A stretch of DNA of 64,000 bases from an uncultured Spirochaetota bacterium (lineage in GTDB: Bacteria > Spirochaetota > Brevinematia > Brevinematales > JAOACQ01). Of the stretch, positions 38,292 through 49,644 are shown one piece after another (the stretch's first letter is position 1; the number at the start of each line of letters is the position of its first letter). Where the stretch lies: the NCBI GenBank assembly GCA_963835575.1, contig CAWIGG010000005.1, positions 96,001 through 160,000 of the forward strand. The letters are read 5' to 3'. The notes beneath the pieces are model-generated. The model had not been told where the DNA came from, did no database searches, and was given only the letters and a program-made list of their open reading frames with translations. A program made the translations under genes and the position numbers.

Positions 38292-40975
38292 TTACAATTT
38301 CACTTCCAAAGTACATCTTGCGCCCTTCCTGCTTTCAATTTTAAAACCGGCCCCTAATTGCTTGCTGAGCATATCGACAAGAATAAAACCGAAGCCTTTT
38401 GATTTATTGATATCAAAATCGGCCGGAAGTCCGATACCGTTATCCTGGATTATGACGGATATTTTATTTTTACTTTTTGTGATGATTACTTCAATTAACC
38501 CGCTTTCTCTTCCCGGGAAGGCGTATTTTATGGAATTTGTAATGAGCTCGTTGACAATAATTCCGAGAGGCAGAATTAACCTGGTATCCGCGGTGAAATC
38601 ATCAATCTTTTTTTCAATGCGGATCCGGTCATTATTGAGAAAAATCATGGTTATTGAATCGACAATATTACCGAAATATTTTTTTGCTGAAACATCATTA
38701 TAATCTTCAGAAATGAGCATATTTTCATAAAGGATGCGCATGCTTTGCACCCGTCTGATCGCGTCCTGTATTAAAGACAGCGCCTCAGGATTTTTAATGG
38801 AATTGGATTGGAGGGTTAAAAGCATTTCTATAGAAGCGATATTGTTTTTTATGCGGTGATGGACTTCCTTGATCATAAGTTCTTTTTCCTGCAGTTGACG
38901 CTTTGTTTCCTCTTCCGCCTTCCTGCGCCCGGTGATGTCCGTCGCGATGTGTATTACTTTTTCCAGCCTGCCGTTTTCATCAAACATCGGCGTACAGGAC
39001 ACGCTGTAAAAACCATTTAATGTTTCAACTTCCATATCATAGGTTTCGATTATATTCGTGTTCTTCATTTTTATAAAAGGACAGTTTTCCGGCGGACACG
39101 CCGCTTTGGGATCATGAAAGATTTCCCAGCATTTTTTATTTTGATATTCCATTATATCCAGGCCTGTCAATTTTTCAAAAATACTGTTCCCTGCGGCAAC
39201 ATGCTGCTCTGAATCCAGTATGACAGTCGGATGCGGTATGGCATTGAATATGGATTGCCAGTTTTGAACGGATTTCTTTAAATCATTCTCAGCCTGCAGG
39301 CGTCTGGCTTCATTCTGCCGGATTTCAATTGCGAAACCGATATTTCCGGCCAGTTCATCAAGCAATTTCACTTCTTCTTTATTGAAAAAACAGATTTCAC
39401 CGGCGTAGATATTTAACGTTCCCCAGATTTTACCGTCCACCGTCAGCGGAAAAGCGGCTGATGATTGGTAGCCGTTTTTTTTCGCGGCTTCCTGCCATGG
39501 CTCATGCTTTCATCATTCAGAATATCATTACAAATCACATGAATGCCTGAACTGACAGCCCTGCCTGTCGGACCGCCGCTCTGTTTTTTATCATTCAGGT
39601 CGATGTTGATATTTTCAAGATAATCGGCCGCAATTCCCTGCGACGCGACTGCATCAACTTTATTTGTTATAGTATTGATTTTGCCGATCCAGACCATTTT
39701 GAATCCGCCCTTCTCAACTGCCGCATCGCAAACGGATTGAAACAGGTCCTTCTGATTATTACAGCGGACAATTATCTGATTAATGCTGCTCAATAAAGAA
39801 TACATCCGGGTCAGATTCCTTGCAGTTTCTTCAGCCTGTTTGCGCTCGTCAATGTCTTCAATAATGGATATGATGCAGGCTCTATGGCTCAACCGGATCG
39901 CCCGGGCGGAAAACAGTACTGTTTTGATGTTCCCGTTTTTCGCGCGCAGTTTTGTCTCCATGCCCTCCATGGCCCCGCTCTCGCGGAGAGCCGCTACCAT
40001 GCGCTGCCGGTCCTCTTCATGGACCCATATATTCAATTTAAGAGTCGAGCTGGCCAGGGCTTCTTCCCGGCTAAATCCGGAAATGGTTGTGAACGCATCG
40101 TTGACCTCGATAAACGCGCCGTCTTCCATGTTTGCGATGATATAGGCATAGGGCGAAGTTTTGAAAGCCTTTGAGAAGCGTTCCTCGCTCTCCCGCAGCG
40201 CTTCTTCAGCCAGCTTGCGTTCGGTGATATCATCGAATAAAACGAATATCCTGCCCGAAACTGGAGCTCCTGAAATGAACATCGTCTTAACGGCGCCGTT
40301 CTTGCAGGTCACCCGGTACTCGTTTCCGGTGATCTCCTTATTCTCCGTCACGGCCTTCTGGACACGCGCCATCCATTCGGAAATAACTTCCCTGCGGTAA
40401 TCCTCATCCGTGTAGGCCTGGGCCCACCACCTGTCCATATTGGGGATATCCTCAGGCATATATCCAAAAACTTTTACGGCTTTCCGGTTGATAAACTCAA
40501 TCACGCCGTCCATGCCGACGATAGCCATCGCAATCGGGGCCTCTTCAACGACCTTTCGGAAGCAGTCTTCGCTTTCCGCCAGTTTCTGATGCGTATCAAA
40601 AAGCCGGAATGCCATTTTTATAGACGCGATGAGCACCATATCCCCGGAATTTTTGACTATATATCCATACGATGTGATCCCCTCGGTTTTTTCTACCACC
40701 TCCCGCTCGGCATGAGATGATAAAAATATCAGAGGAATATCATGATTCTTCAGAATTGTTACCGCCGCCTGCGTGCCGTCCATGCCTTTACCCAGGTTAA
40801 TGTCCATAAGGATCAGGTCTATATTCTGCGTTTTATTAACGGTTTCTATCGCTTTTTCACCGGAATTTACGGTGATGACTTTGAAGCCGTATTGTTCAAG
40901 GGTCATTGCTTCCGACATGGCGATGAGCGCTTCATCTTCCACCAGGAGTATTACTTTTTGATTGCCGCTTTCCAT
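38292..40975 (-). pseudogene. REC-PAS-PAS-GAF-PAS-HisKA_2-HATPase hybrid sensor kinase, split by a 1-nt deletion near 39499
   Basis: ORFs 39443-40975 and 38292-39440 join inside the GAF domain if AGCCATGG is read AGCCCATGG (ESMSPWQEAAKKNGYQSSAAFPLTVDG). EVHHRIKNN, NELITNSIKYAF, DNGIG motifs. Could be a sequencing error. Confidence 0.85.
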
Positions 40976-41275
40976 AATATAACCCCCCTTTGTCTTTCAT
41001 ATCATTAAAGACAGCGCGGCCAGATTCTCCTGAAACAGACGGCTAAGTAATGCATATAACTTTTTCTAAATGCCATCCCATTTTCATACAATTAATTATA
41101 GTCATTTATAATTTAAAAATCTATTGTTTTTTAATTTTTTTATTTTTCCTCTATTCCGTCCGCCGGTATTTTCTCACTGATCGGATCGGGGGAGCATGCC
41201 CTTCTTTTCTTAAAACCCCAAACCATTTGTTTTTTTTTATAAATTATATTAAGATTAAACTCTTAAAAGAATATC

Positions 41276-42166
41276 ATGATAAAAAAATATTTGTGGGGGA
41301 ATACTATGGAATATTTTCAAAGCCTGCCGGACAAGATCAAAAAACACCTGGACGAACTGATCAAATCAGCGGATATGGAAGACAATGAAGAGACTAAAAG
41401 CCAGATGACGACCATCTGGATCGAAAAAGAGAAAATGTTCGAGGACCAGATTAAAGCGCTGGACATGATCGTACTCCCGTCGTTTAAAGCGGACGACCGG
41501 AGGGGCGCGCTTCTCCTCACCTATTCCGGCTCTCTTGTCGCGCTCAGCCCCGCCATTGATAATGAACGCTATATTGAATACTACAGCATCAAGCTCAGGT
41601 ATGACGTGCCTGAAATCGTTATTATTGAAGAATCAAACATCGCGGAGGATATTTCCGTCGATAACATTGTAAAATTCATAAACGGCCCCATTCAGAAGAC
41701 ATCGAGCCTTTTCAAGATCACTTCATTTAAAGAAGACGTAAGCCTGGAGGAACAGGAAAAAAGGATCCGGCAGGCTGTGATCTTCCTGACAAACGCTTTT
41801 GTGTTTATAAACCGGACGGTCCTTTTAAAAGACAAAAATGTCCCGGAACAGTTCAACCTGAAATCCATATCCAGGTTCATCGCCAATAAAAACGGCATCA
41901 CGCAGAAACAGGCCAAGCAGATTGTGGAAGACTACCAGTATATGCTGGAAACGGGAATGCTCCTGGGCGAGAAGGTGAAGATCGGCAGACTGGGTTCGGT
42001 CCTGCTGAAGAAAAAGAAAGCAAAAAAGGCCCGGGTCGGGATCAATCCGAAAACTATGGAAAAGATCACCATAGACGCCAAACCGGAAACGATGGCCCCT
42101 AAAATGAGCTTCAGCAAAACAATCAAGGAAAAAGCCGCGACGATGGTGTTGAAGAAAGAAAGCTGA
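41276..42166 (+). CDS. Protein with unknown N-terminal domain fused to a C-terminal HU/IHF-like DNA-binding domain
   Basis: C-terminus GEKVKIGRLGS...ARVGINPKTMEKITIDAK...PKMSFSKTIKE; likely start ATG 41306 after GGGGG. Confidence 0.8.
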   Translation: MIKKYLWGNTMEYFQSLPDKIKKHLDELIKSADMEDNEETKSQMTTIWIEKEKMFEDQIKALDMIVLPSFKADDRRGALLLTYSGSLVALSPAIDNERYIEYYSIKLRYDVPEIVIIEESNIAEDISVDNIVKFINGPIQKTSSLFKITSFKEDVSLEEQEKRIRQAVIFLTNAFVFINRTVLLKDKNVPEQFNLKSISRFIANKNGITQKQAKQIVEDYQYMLETGMLLGEKVKIGRLGSVLLKKKKAKKARVGINPKTMEKITIDAKPETMAPKMSFSKTIKEKAATMVLKKES

Positions 42167-42189
42167 TCCTTAAAAGGAAAACAATATAT

Positions 42190-42224
42190 AAAAGCCCGGC
42201 AAACGGATTGCCGGGCTTTTTTTT
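42190..42224 (+). terminator. Rho-independent (bidirectional) terminator
   Basis: AAAAGCCCGGCAA-ACGGA-TTGCCGGGCTTTTTTTT between convergent genes. Confidence 0.9.
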
Positions 42225-42325
42225 CAACTATTTAACGGGATGATAATAAGCTGTAAATCCAGAGATGAATAATGTTCTTAAAATACGCCGGATTCTTATT
42301 GATCAGTGATTTATTTTTTCAGCTC

Positions 42326-43732
42326 TCACCCGGGCTGTTTCCAGCCGGTCATATCCCTTACTGACACCAGCAGGACTTTTTCGCCCTTTAGTTCAAAAAC
42401 TGACAAAAGAACATCGGCTTGAAATTCTTCTCCGTTTTTTCGTTTGAACTTTCCGTTTAACCTGCAGGAGCCGGTATCAAAAGCTTCCTTGATTTTTGCT
42501 TTAAATACTACAGGCGAATCCCCGCCCAATACCTCCGCCGGATCAGCGGCGGTAAGTTCGTTTTTATTATCAAAGCCGAAGAGCTTCAAGGCTTCAGTGT
42601 TGCAGTCTATAAACCCCATTTCATTCAGAAATATCAGCGCGTCCCTTGAGTTTTCCATAAGGGCTTTGAACTCTTCCCCGCATTCCTGAAGTCTCATCTC
42701 TGTTTTCCTGATAAGGCTGTTATCATGGAATGTCACCAGCCTTCCTATTATATGATGCAATTCATCCTTTATAAATGTTACGCGGACCGACAGGATCATC
42801 ATCGGCTCCAATGAATACATCCATTCTTCCTCATTTTCGAAATCGGAAAACATGTTTTCCAGAAGACCGGGCCATTTCGCGAATAAATCCTCAGCCTTCT
42901 GCCCCATATTTTTTAACGACAGGTTGAACCTGAGGGCCGCGGAAGGATTAAAATCAGCCAGATGGCCTTTCAGATCTATGACCAGGAAACTGTCATGCAT
43001 CGCTTCCATTACACGGCGGCCGGCAATAGGAAGGAGCGCCAGGAATTCATATTTTGGTACCGCGTAAGAGATCAGCACGACCATTATACCGAAGGCCAGG
43101 GGTGTAAAGTCATAACCCATTAAAGGAATAAGCTTGAATACATAGACTAAATTCCATGAAATGACAACCAGGGCCGCGGCAAATACTATGACAGCCTGCT
43201 TTTTATATATTCCCCTGGTGATAACGGCATTGATCAGGTTCAGGATAAGACCTGTACCCATAAATGAATATAAGAATGCGGCCATTACCCAGAACAGCGG
43301 ACCATACGTTATATTCAATCCATTATCAGAGGTCAGTGCAAAGGACGTCCAGAACAGATTATGCAGCGGATTAGTCCAGAATAAAAGAAGAAAGCCGGCG
43401 GACAATAACGGCAGGATTATTGAAAAAGCCTTCAGCGTCTTTTTCAGCAGGCTGGTGTAAGCGATTGAAAAAAGCAGGAAGAACACTGCCGACATCGGAA
43501 TACCAATGTACTCAAATTGCTTTATCAGAATCTTTGTCTGCAGAGTAGCGGCCGCTGTTTCAAATAAAGAGCCTGTTACCCATATAAAGGAAAATACAAT
43601 AAGCCATAACCCATAGCCGGCCGCCGGATGCTCTTTTTTTTCCTTCATCAAAAAAGCCACTCTGATCAGGAAAATGGAGGTTAAAGCGGCGGCGATAGAA
43701 TAAAATGAGAACTTCCAGATCATACAACTCAT
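42326..43732 (-). CDS. 7TM (HisKA_7TM-type) membrane sensor with two PAS domains and no output domain
   Basis: Hydrophobic N-half with TNPLHNLFW, YGPLFW, DFTP motifs; two PAS folds ending VSVRDMT. Confidence 0.82.
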   Translation of the reverse strand: MSCMIWKFSFYSIAAALTSIFLIRVAFLMKEKKEHPAAGYGLWLIVFSFIWVTGSLFETAAATLQTKILIKQFEYIGIPMSAVFFLLFSIAYTSLLKKTLKAFSIILPLLSAGFLLLFWTNPLHNLFWTSFALTSDNGLNITYGPLFWVMAAFLYSFMGTGLILNLINAVITRGIYKKQAVIVFAAALVVISWNLVYVFKLIPLMGYDFTPLAFGIMVVLISYAVPKYEFLALLPIAGRRVMEAMHDSFLVIDLKGHLADFNPSAALRFNLSLKNMGQKAEDLFAKWPGLLENMFSDFENEEEWMYSLEPMMILSVRVTFIKDELHHIIGRLVTFHDNSLIRKTEMRLQECGEEFKALMENSRDALIFLNEMGFIDCNTEALKLFGFDNKNELTAADPAEVLGGDSPVVFKAKIKEAFDTGSCRLNGKFKRKNGEEFQADVLLSVFELKGEKVLLVSVRDMTGWKQPG

Positions 43733-44012
43733 CCCTATTAAAATATTTAATTTTTTAATCTGATTGATAGGATTTCATCATTCCGACCGGAGTTTTTATT
43801 TGTATATGAGTATTTTAACTGACAAACCGTATAATGTAAACATTAAATTTATTTTATCCCGAACCGGGATAAATATAATCTTTCATTAAAAAAAAGTATT
43901 TACATTTATTCATAATAATTATATAATTCTTTGGAAGGTGCCGGATTTCAAGATGTTCCTATTTTAAAAAATAGCTGAGCGGATTTTTCAATTTTAGTAT
44001 TAAGAGTGAGAT

Positions 44013-46328
44013 ATGAATAAAAGCAAAAAAAAATCAAGGCTGACCATAGGTTTCCTGATTGACACCGTAGACACACCCTATCATTTAAACATATTGAGCG
44101 CCATCAATGATGCCTTACAGGAAAAAGACGCCAACCTGATTTGTTTTCAGGGCGGTTTCATATCCGATGACAGGAATTATTACACAACCATGAATAAACT
44201 GTTCGATTTTGCCAACTCAAATTACCTTGACGGTATCATCGTGCTCGGTACAACCGTTTTCCGCACGGCCAGGAAACAGAAAATCCTGCAATTTTATAAT
44301 AAATTCAAGGACCTTCCGATTGTCAATATCGGCGAAAAAATCGAGGGTATCCCTAACATCCAGACCGACAACAAAGCCGGTATGAAGAAATTAATCGATC
44401 ATCTGATCCATCATCACCATTTCAAAAAAATCGCTTTTATCAAAGGAAGGGAAGGCGTCATAGACACGCAAGAAAGGCTGGAAGCTTATATTGAAACCCT
44501 GAAGGCCAATCAAATGGAAATCGATAAAAAGATGATAGTGCCCGGCGATTTTCTGACGAGCTCGGGCATAGAGGCCGTTAAAATGTTTCTGGATGAAAGA
44601 AAAATGAGGCCTGATGCCATCATAGCCTCCAACGATCACATGGCCATGGGAGCCATTGAGGAACTGGCCAGGCGCGGCATTCAGGTCCCTTTTGACATGG
44701 CCGTAACCGGTTTTGACAATATCGAACTGAGCCAGTATTCCCTGCCGCCCATTACGACCGTATCACAGCCTTACCGGGAACTCGGCAGAACGGCAGCTGA
44801 TATACTGTTTGACTTGATAGAAAAGAAAGCGGCGCCGGAATCCGTACTTCTGCCGACGGAATTGATCATCCGCGATTCTTGCTCGTACCTCTGTTCTGCA
44901 AAACGAGTTAATCCTGTTCCCGCTGGCCGGAATCCAGACGAAAAGCACCTGGATCACATGATGGAATATCTGAGAACCGCCAATCCACTCTTAAAAGACC
45001 AGAATTCAATCCGGCCTGTTCTTGAAAACATAATAAACGCTTTTTTATCAAGCATAGAAAATAACAATAGAGACGATTTCTTCAGATTTCTCAACAAAAT
45101 GATCAGTGATAAAGTTTTTGAAAATAATGAAATGTTCGGTTTACACAGCCTTATTGACAGTCTCAGGAACACTGTTCTGCCGTCACTAACGGACGCCGGG
45201 AAAAAAGCGCTTGGCGAGGACATCTGCAACCACTCCCTGATAATATTCACGAGGCAGATCGCAAAAAACCAGATTCTTGTTTATGACGAACTTTCGACAT
45301 TCCAGCAGACCTTGAACTCCATTCACCAGGGCCTTTATATGGCTTTGAAAACCCGTGAACAGATCAAAATCCTGGAAAAGAGACTGCCTGAACTGGGAAT
45401 TAAAAGCGCTTTTTTATCATTATTTACCAACCGAAAGGAAACCAGATTAAAAACGGCTATGGTTTACGATGAATCCGGAGCTATCAATACAGCAAAATCA
45501 AAAGAGATCACGGCCGGCGAAAATCTCATCCCCGAAGGCCTGCCGTTGTCGGGAAGGAGGGTCACGTATATCATCGAACTGCTGGTCAACCAGGGCATTA
45601 TTGCTGTGGAAATGGTGCCTATCGAAAAAAGCGTTGTCTATAGAAGCCTGAGGGAACACCTGTGGATCGCGTTTGGAAGCTCGAAACTTTTCAGCGAGCT
45701 TCAGGAGCAGAAAAACAATCTCAGCGCCAATTTGAAAGAACTCCGGATGGCAATGGAAGGATATCTTGAAACAATGGCGCTCATCCTGGAAGCCAGAGAT
45801 CCCTACACGGCCGGGCATCAAAGAAGGGTTTCCGACCTGGCAAGGAGCATAGCCGCTGAAATGCGCCTGTCTGATGATCAGATTGAATGCATCAGAATGG
45901 CCGGCATAGTGCATGATCTCGGTAAAATTCGTATTCCTGCGGAAATACTCAATAAACCAAGCAAATTGTCAGACATAGAATTCGCCCTGATTAAAGACCA
46001 CCCGGCCGTCGCCTATAAAGTCCTGCAGAATATAGACTTTCCCTGGCCTCTCGCCGAAGTGGTTTATCAACACCATGAAAGGATCGACGGTTCAGGCTAT
46101 CCGCTTGGGCTGAAAGGAGAAAAGATGAGGGTTGAGGCCAAAATACTCAGCGTGGCAGATGTTATAGAAGCTATGGCTTCCTACCGGCCGTACAGGCCTG
46201 CTTTAGGCATTGAAAAAGCTCTGGAAGAAATCATTAAAAACAAAGGCATTCTTTATGATCCGGCTGTTGTTGAAGCCTGTTTGAAGCTTTTCAATATAAA
46301 AGGCTATAAATTTATTGACAACAAATAA
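44013..46328 (+). CDS. LacI-type sugar-binding sensor domain fused to HD-GYP phosphodiesterase
   Basis: DN..GM..LI.HLI, ASNDHMAMG, VTGFDN, ITTVSQP; RDPYTAGHQRRV, HDLGK, HHERIDGSGYP. Confidence 0.93.
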   Translation: MNKSKKKSRLTIGFLIDTVDTPYHLNILSAINDALQEKDANLICFQGGFISDDRNYYTTMNKLFDFANSNYLDGIIVLGTTVFRTARKQKILQFYNKFKDLPIVNIGEKIEGIPNIQTDNKAGMKKLIDHLIHHHHFKKIAFIKGREGVIDTQERLEAYIETLKANQMEIDKKMIVPGDFLTSSGIEAVKMFLDERKMRPDAIIASNDHMAMGAIEELARRGIQVPFDMAVTGFDNIELSQYSLPPITTVSQPYRELGRTAADILFDLIEKKAAPESVLLPTELIIRDSCSYLCSAKRVNPVPAGRNPDEKHLDHMMEYLRTANPLLKDQNSIRPVLENIINAFLSSIENNNRDDFFRFLNKMISDKVFENNEMFGLHSLIDSLRNTVLPSLTDAGKKALGEDICNHSLIIFTRQIAKNQILVYDELSTFQQTLNSIHQGLYMALKTREQIKILEKRLPELGIKSAFLSLFTNRKETRLKTAMVYDESGAINTAKSKEITAGENLIPEGLPLSGRRVTYIIELLVNQGIIAVEMVPIEKSVVYRSLREHLWIAFGSSKLFSELQEQKNNLSANLKELRMAMEGYLETMALILEARDPYTAGHQRRVSDLARSIAAEMRLSDDQIECIRMAGIVHDLGKIRIPAEILNKPSKLSDIEFALIKDHPAVAYKVLQNIDFPWPLAEVVYQHHERIDGSGYPLGLKGEKMRVEAKILSVADVIEAMASYRPYRPALGIEKALEEIIKNKGILYDPAVVEACLKLFNIKGYKFIDNK

Positions 46329-46522
46329 GGATTATAATATATGTTCAATAAAACAAATCTCAATTTCCGTATCTCTCCTGACTGGCACAGTAGAAGAGCT
46401 TTAACTCCCGGTCAATCTTTTTATTATTATTAAAAACTATTTACATTTATATAAAAAACGTTATAATTCAAAAAAGCCGGCTTCAAATCGTCAGATTCTA
46501 AATTTTTATAACCGGGGGCAAG

Positions 46523-48836
46523 ATGAGTTCAACAAAGAAACCAAGGCCGACAATCGGCTTAATTTCGGACAGTTTTGACGCGCCTTATGTATCCAAAATT
46601 TTTGACTCAATCAATAATACAGCAAAGGAAAGAGATGCCAATTTGATCTGTTTTGACGGCGGGAACTTAGATCCCCGCAGATCTTATTACCGTACTCTCA
46701 ATAAATTGTATGACTTTATCAACCCGAATGTTGTGAATGGAATCATTGTCCTGGGTTCGACGCTTTTTCACAATACAAACCGGAAGGCCGTCTTTAATTT
46801 TTATAATAAATTCGGAAAAATTCCAATTGTCAATGTCGGGATTCAAATAGACGGAATTCCCAGCGTCCTTGTGGATAACAAAACCGGAATGAAAAGCCTG
46901 ATGAATCATCTCATCCATCACCACGAATTTAGAAAATTCTCATTTGTAAAGGGCTCTGAAGGATCCCTGGATGCAGAGGAACAATACGATGTTTTTATTG
47001 AAACTCTCAAAGAAAACAAAATTGAAATTGATGAAAACCTGATCTTTCCGGGAAATTTCCTTCCGGAAGCCGGTATCAATGCTGTCAGGGCAATCTTTGA
47101 CGGCAAAAGAGAGAAACCCGATGCCATCATCGCCGCCAACGACCATATGGCCATGGGCGCAGTTGAAGAACTAAAAAACAGGGGTATCCAGGTACCGTTC
47201 GATTTGGCCGTCACAGGTTTCGACAATATCGAAAACAGCCAATATACTATCCCTCCGATCACGACGGTTTCTCAGCCTTTCCATGAAATAGGAAAAACAG
47301 CGACAGACTTTTTGATTGATTTATTCGAAGAGAAAAATGTACCGAAAACGACCCTGCTTCCCACGGAATTGGTCATCAGAGACTCCTGCTCCTACTTCTG
47401 CTCGAAAAATTCCATAATATGCCTTCCCTCATCAGGAACGGACAAAAATAAAATGTCCGAAAATCTGCTGAGGTATCTGAACGCTACCCGTTCGATCAAT
47501 AACAGCAGTTCTTCCGTTTTTTCCGTCATAGAAAGAATAGTGAACGCCTTTTTAACAAGCATCGAGACTGGAGATAAAAACGAATTTTTCAAGACAATGA
47601 ATGAGATGATCGGCGACAATACGTTTGAGAATAACGGGATTACTGATATTCACAATCTCATATCAGGACTTAGAAGCGTAGTTTTACCGCTGATTTCCGA
47701 CAATCGGAAAAAGGAATTAGGCGAAGACATCTGCCATCAGATTCTTATCATATTCACATATAAAATAGCACAGAAGCAGCTTCTCATTTATGATGAAGTA
47801 TCGTCTTTCCAGCTGGCTCTGAACTCTTTCCAGGAGGAGATCTTCACGACTTTCGAAAAAAAGAAACAATTCAAAGTTCTTGAAAATAGTCTGCCCGATC
47901 TCGGATTAACAATCTGCAGTCTTTCACTGTTTACGGATGAAAGGGAAACCGAAGCGAAAACGGTCATGGCCTATAACGAGAAAGGAATGATAAATATTTC
48001 CGGGCTAAAAAGGATCAATCTGAAGAATAACCTCTTCCCGGAAGAGTTTCTGTCATCCGGGAACAGATACACGTTTATCGCAGAGATTCTGGTGGACCAA
48101 GGCATTCTTATTATGGGCATACTGCCTAAGGAAAAAGTCCGGCTCTACAGGATCTTAAGGGAAATTTTAAAGATCGCGTTCAACAGCTCCCTATTTTTTC
48201 ATGAGCTTCAGGGACAGAAGAATCAGCTGGACAACAATATAAAGGAATTGAGAATAACGATGGAAGGCTATCTTGAAACAATGGCCTTGATCCTGGAAGC
48301 GCGCGACCCGTACACGGCCGGTCATCAGAGAAGGGTGTCCGACCTTGCCAGAAATATTGCCGCCGAAATGGGTCTTTCAAAGGATCAGATCGAGTGCATC
48401 AGGATGGCCCGGCATCGTCCATGACCTCGGTAAAATCAGGATACCCGCCGAAATCCTGAATAAACCAAGTAAGCTTTCTGAAATAGAATTCGCCCTGATC
48501 AGAGACCATCCGACAGTAGCATACAGGGTCTTGCAGAATATCAAGTTTCCATGGCCTCTCGCCGAAGTGGTTTATCAGCACCACGAAAGGATCGACGGTT
48601 CAGGCTACCCTCGTGGACTGAAAGGCGAAGAGATGAGGATTGAGGCGAAAATACTCAGCGTTGCGGATGTGATCGAAGCCATGGCTTCCTACCGGCCTTA
48701 CAGGCCTGCTTTAGGCATTGAAAAAGCCCTGGAAGAAATCATTAAAAACAAAGGCGTTCTTTATGATCCGGATGTTGTTGAAGCCTGTTTGAAGCTTTTC
48801 AATATAAAAGGCTATAAATTTATTGACAACAAATAA
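46523..48836 (+). pseudogene. Tandem paralogue (sugar-binding domain + HD-GYP) with a +1 frameshift at 48408-48410
   Basis: ATGGCCCGGCATC versus ATGGCCGGCATA in the intact paralogue; ORFs 46523-48424 and 48345-48836 join. Could be a sequencing error. Confidence 0.88.
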
Positions 48837-48838
48837 AT

Positions 48839-48868
48839 AACGCCCCGCCTGATTAAGACGGGGCGTTT
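48839..48868. terminator. Hairpin terminator between convergent genes
   Basis: AACGCCCCG...CGGGGCGTT. Confidence 0.7.
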
Positions 48869-48887
48869 AACTTTCATAGTTCACAGA

Positions 48888-49370
48888 TTACTTTTTACCC
48901 TTCTTGCCGTGCGGCGCTTCTATACGCTTTACATTCAGCAGCAGTATGACTTTGCCCTGCTGGGTCGGCGTCAGTATGTCGCGAGACTGGTCAATATACT
49001 TATTCCTGATCGACTCCATTTTCTGTCTGTTGCTGTTGATTGTTTCTATTATGGGTTTTATTTCCTCGTCTTTTGAACCGATATTGAGTTTATCGTTCAG
49101 GTATTTCAAGTCGACAATCATCTGTTTAACAAGAGGCTCCAGTTCCCCCTTTTCATTAGAAGCCATTGTCTGCAGTTTTTTCGTCTGGTCATCTGTTAAA
49201 CCCAGAATTTTTTTGAACTTTAAAATACTGTTCGCGTATGCAAGCTCGCCGTTCACCTGCCGCAGACTATTGTCTACTGCATAGCCGGATTGCGCGCATA
49301 CAATTAAAAAAGCCGTCATCAAAAAAACGGCAAGAACCGTATAAAACAATTTTTTCATATTTTCCTCCAT
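48888..49370 (-). CDS. Spy/CpxP-like periplasmic protein
   Basis: Signal peptide; LGLTDDQ and ILTPTQQ (LTxxQ) motifs. Confidence 0.8.
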   Translation of the reverse strand: MEENMKKLFYTVLAVFLMTAFLIVCAQSGYAVDNSLRQVNGELAYANSILKFKKILGLTDDQTKKLQTMASNEKGELEPLVKQMIVDLKYLNDKLNIGSKDEEIKPIIETINSNRQKMESIRNKYIDQSRDILTPTQQGKVILLLNVKRIEAPHGKKGKK

Positions 49371-49454
49371 TATTTATTTTAGCTGTTAGGCATGATTATT
49401 GCAAAAATCATTCAGACTCTGGAAAAGCACTTTAGAAAAAGCGCTTTATTTATT

Positions 49455-49575
49455 AACCATAAAAAACACTAAGAATCACTAATCTTCCGCTAAGCCACGC
49501 TAAGTCACGCTAAGTGAAAATTACTATACAAATTATTCGTTTTTATTCGCGTCCATTCGCGTGCCTTAGCGGATT
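49455..49575. repeat. Periodic inverted-arm repeat
   Basis: CCGCTAAG-CCACGCTAAG-TCACGCTAAG versus ATTCGCG-ATTCGCG-CTTAGCGG; shares CACTAAGAATCAC and TCTTCCGCTAAG with the 4.4-4.7 kb cluster. Confidence 0.78.
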
Positions 49576-49644
49576 ATCCGTCTAATAGTAGTGATTATAA
49601 TCATCTGCGAAGCTATGCCCTGAGCAAGCACAGCACGTCTAACT

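Noticed and set aside
37655..38357. Short ORFs or a known ncRNA (tRNA, SRP, RNase P, riboswitch) in the 37.3-38.3 kb gap
   Set aside because: No recognisable conserved RNA motifs; the content is explained by nested palindromic repeats. An Rfam scan would be needed to exclude this fully.
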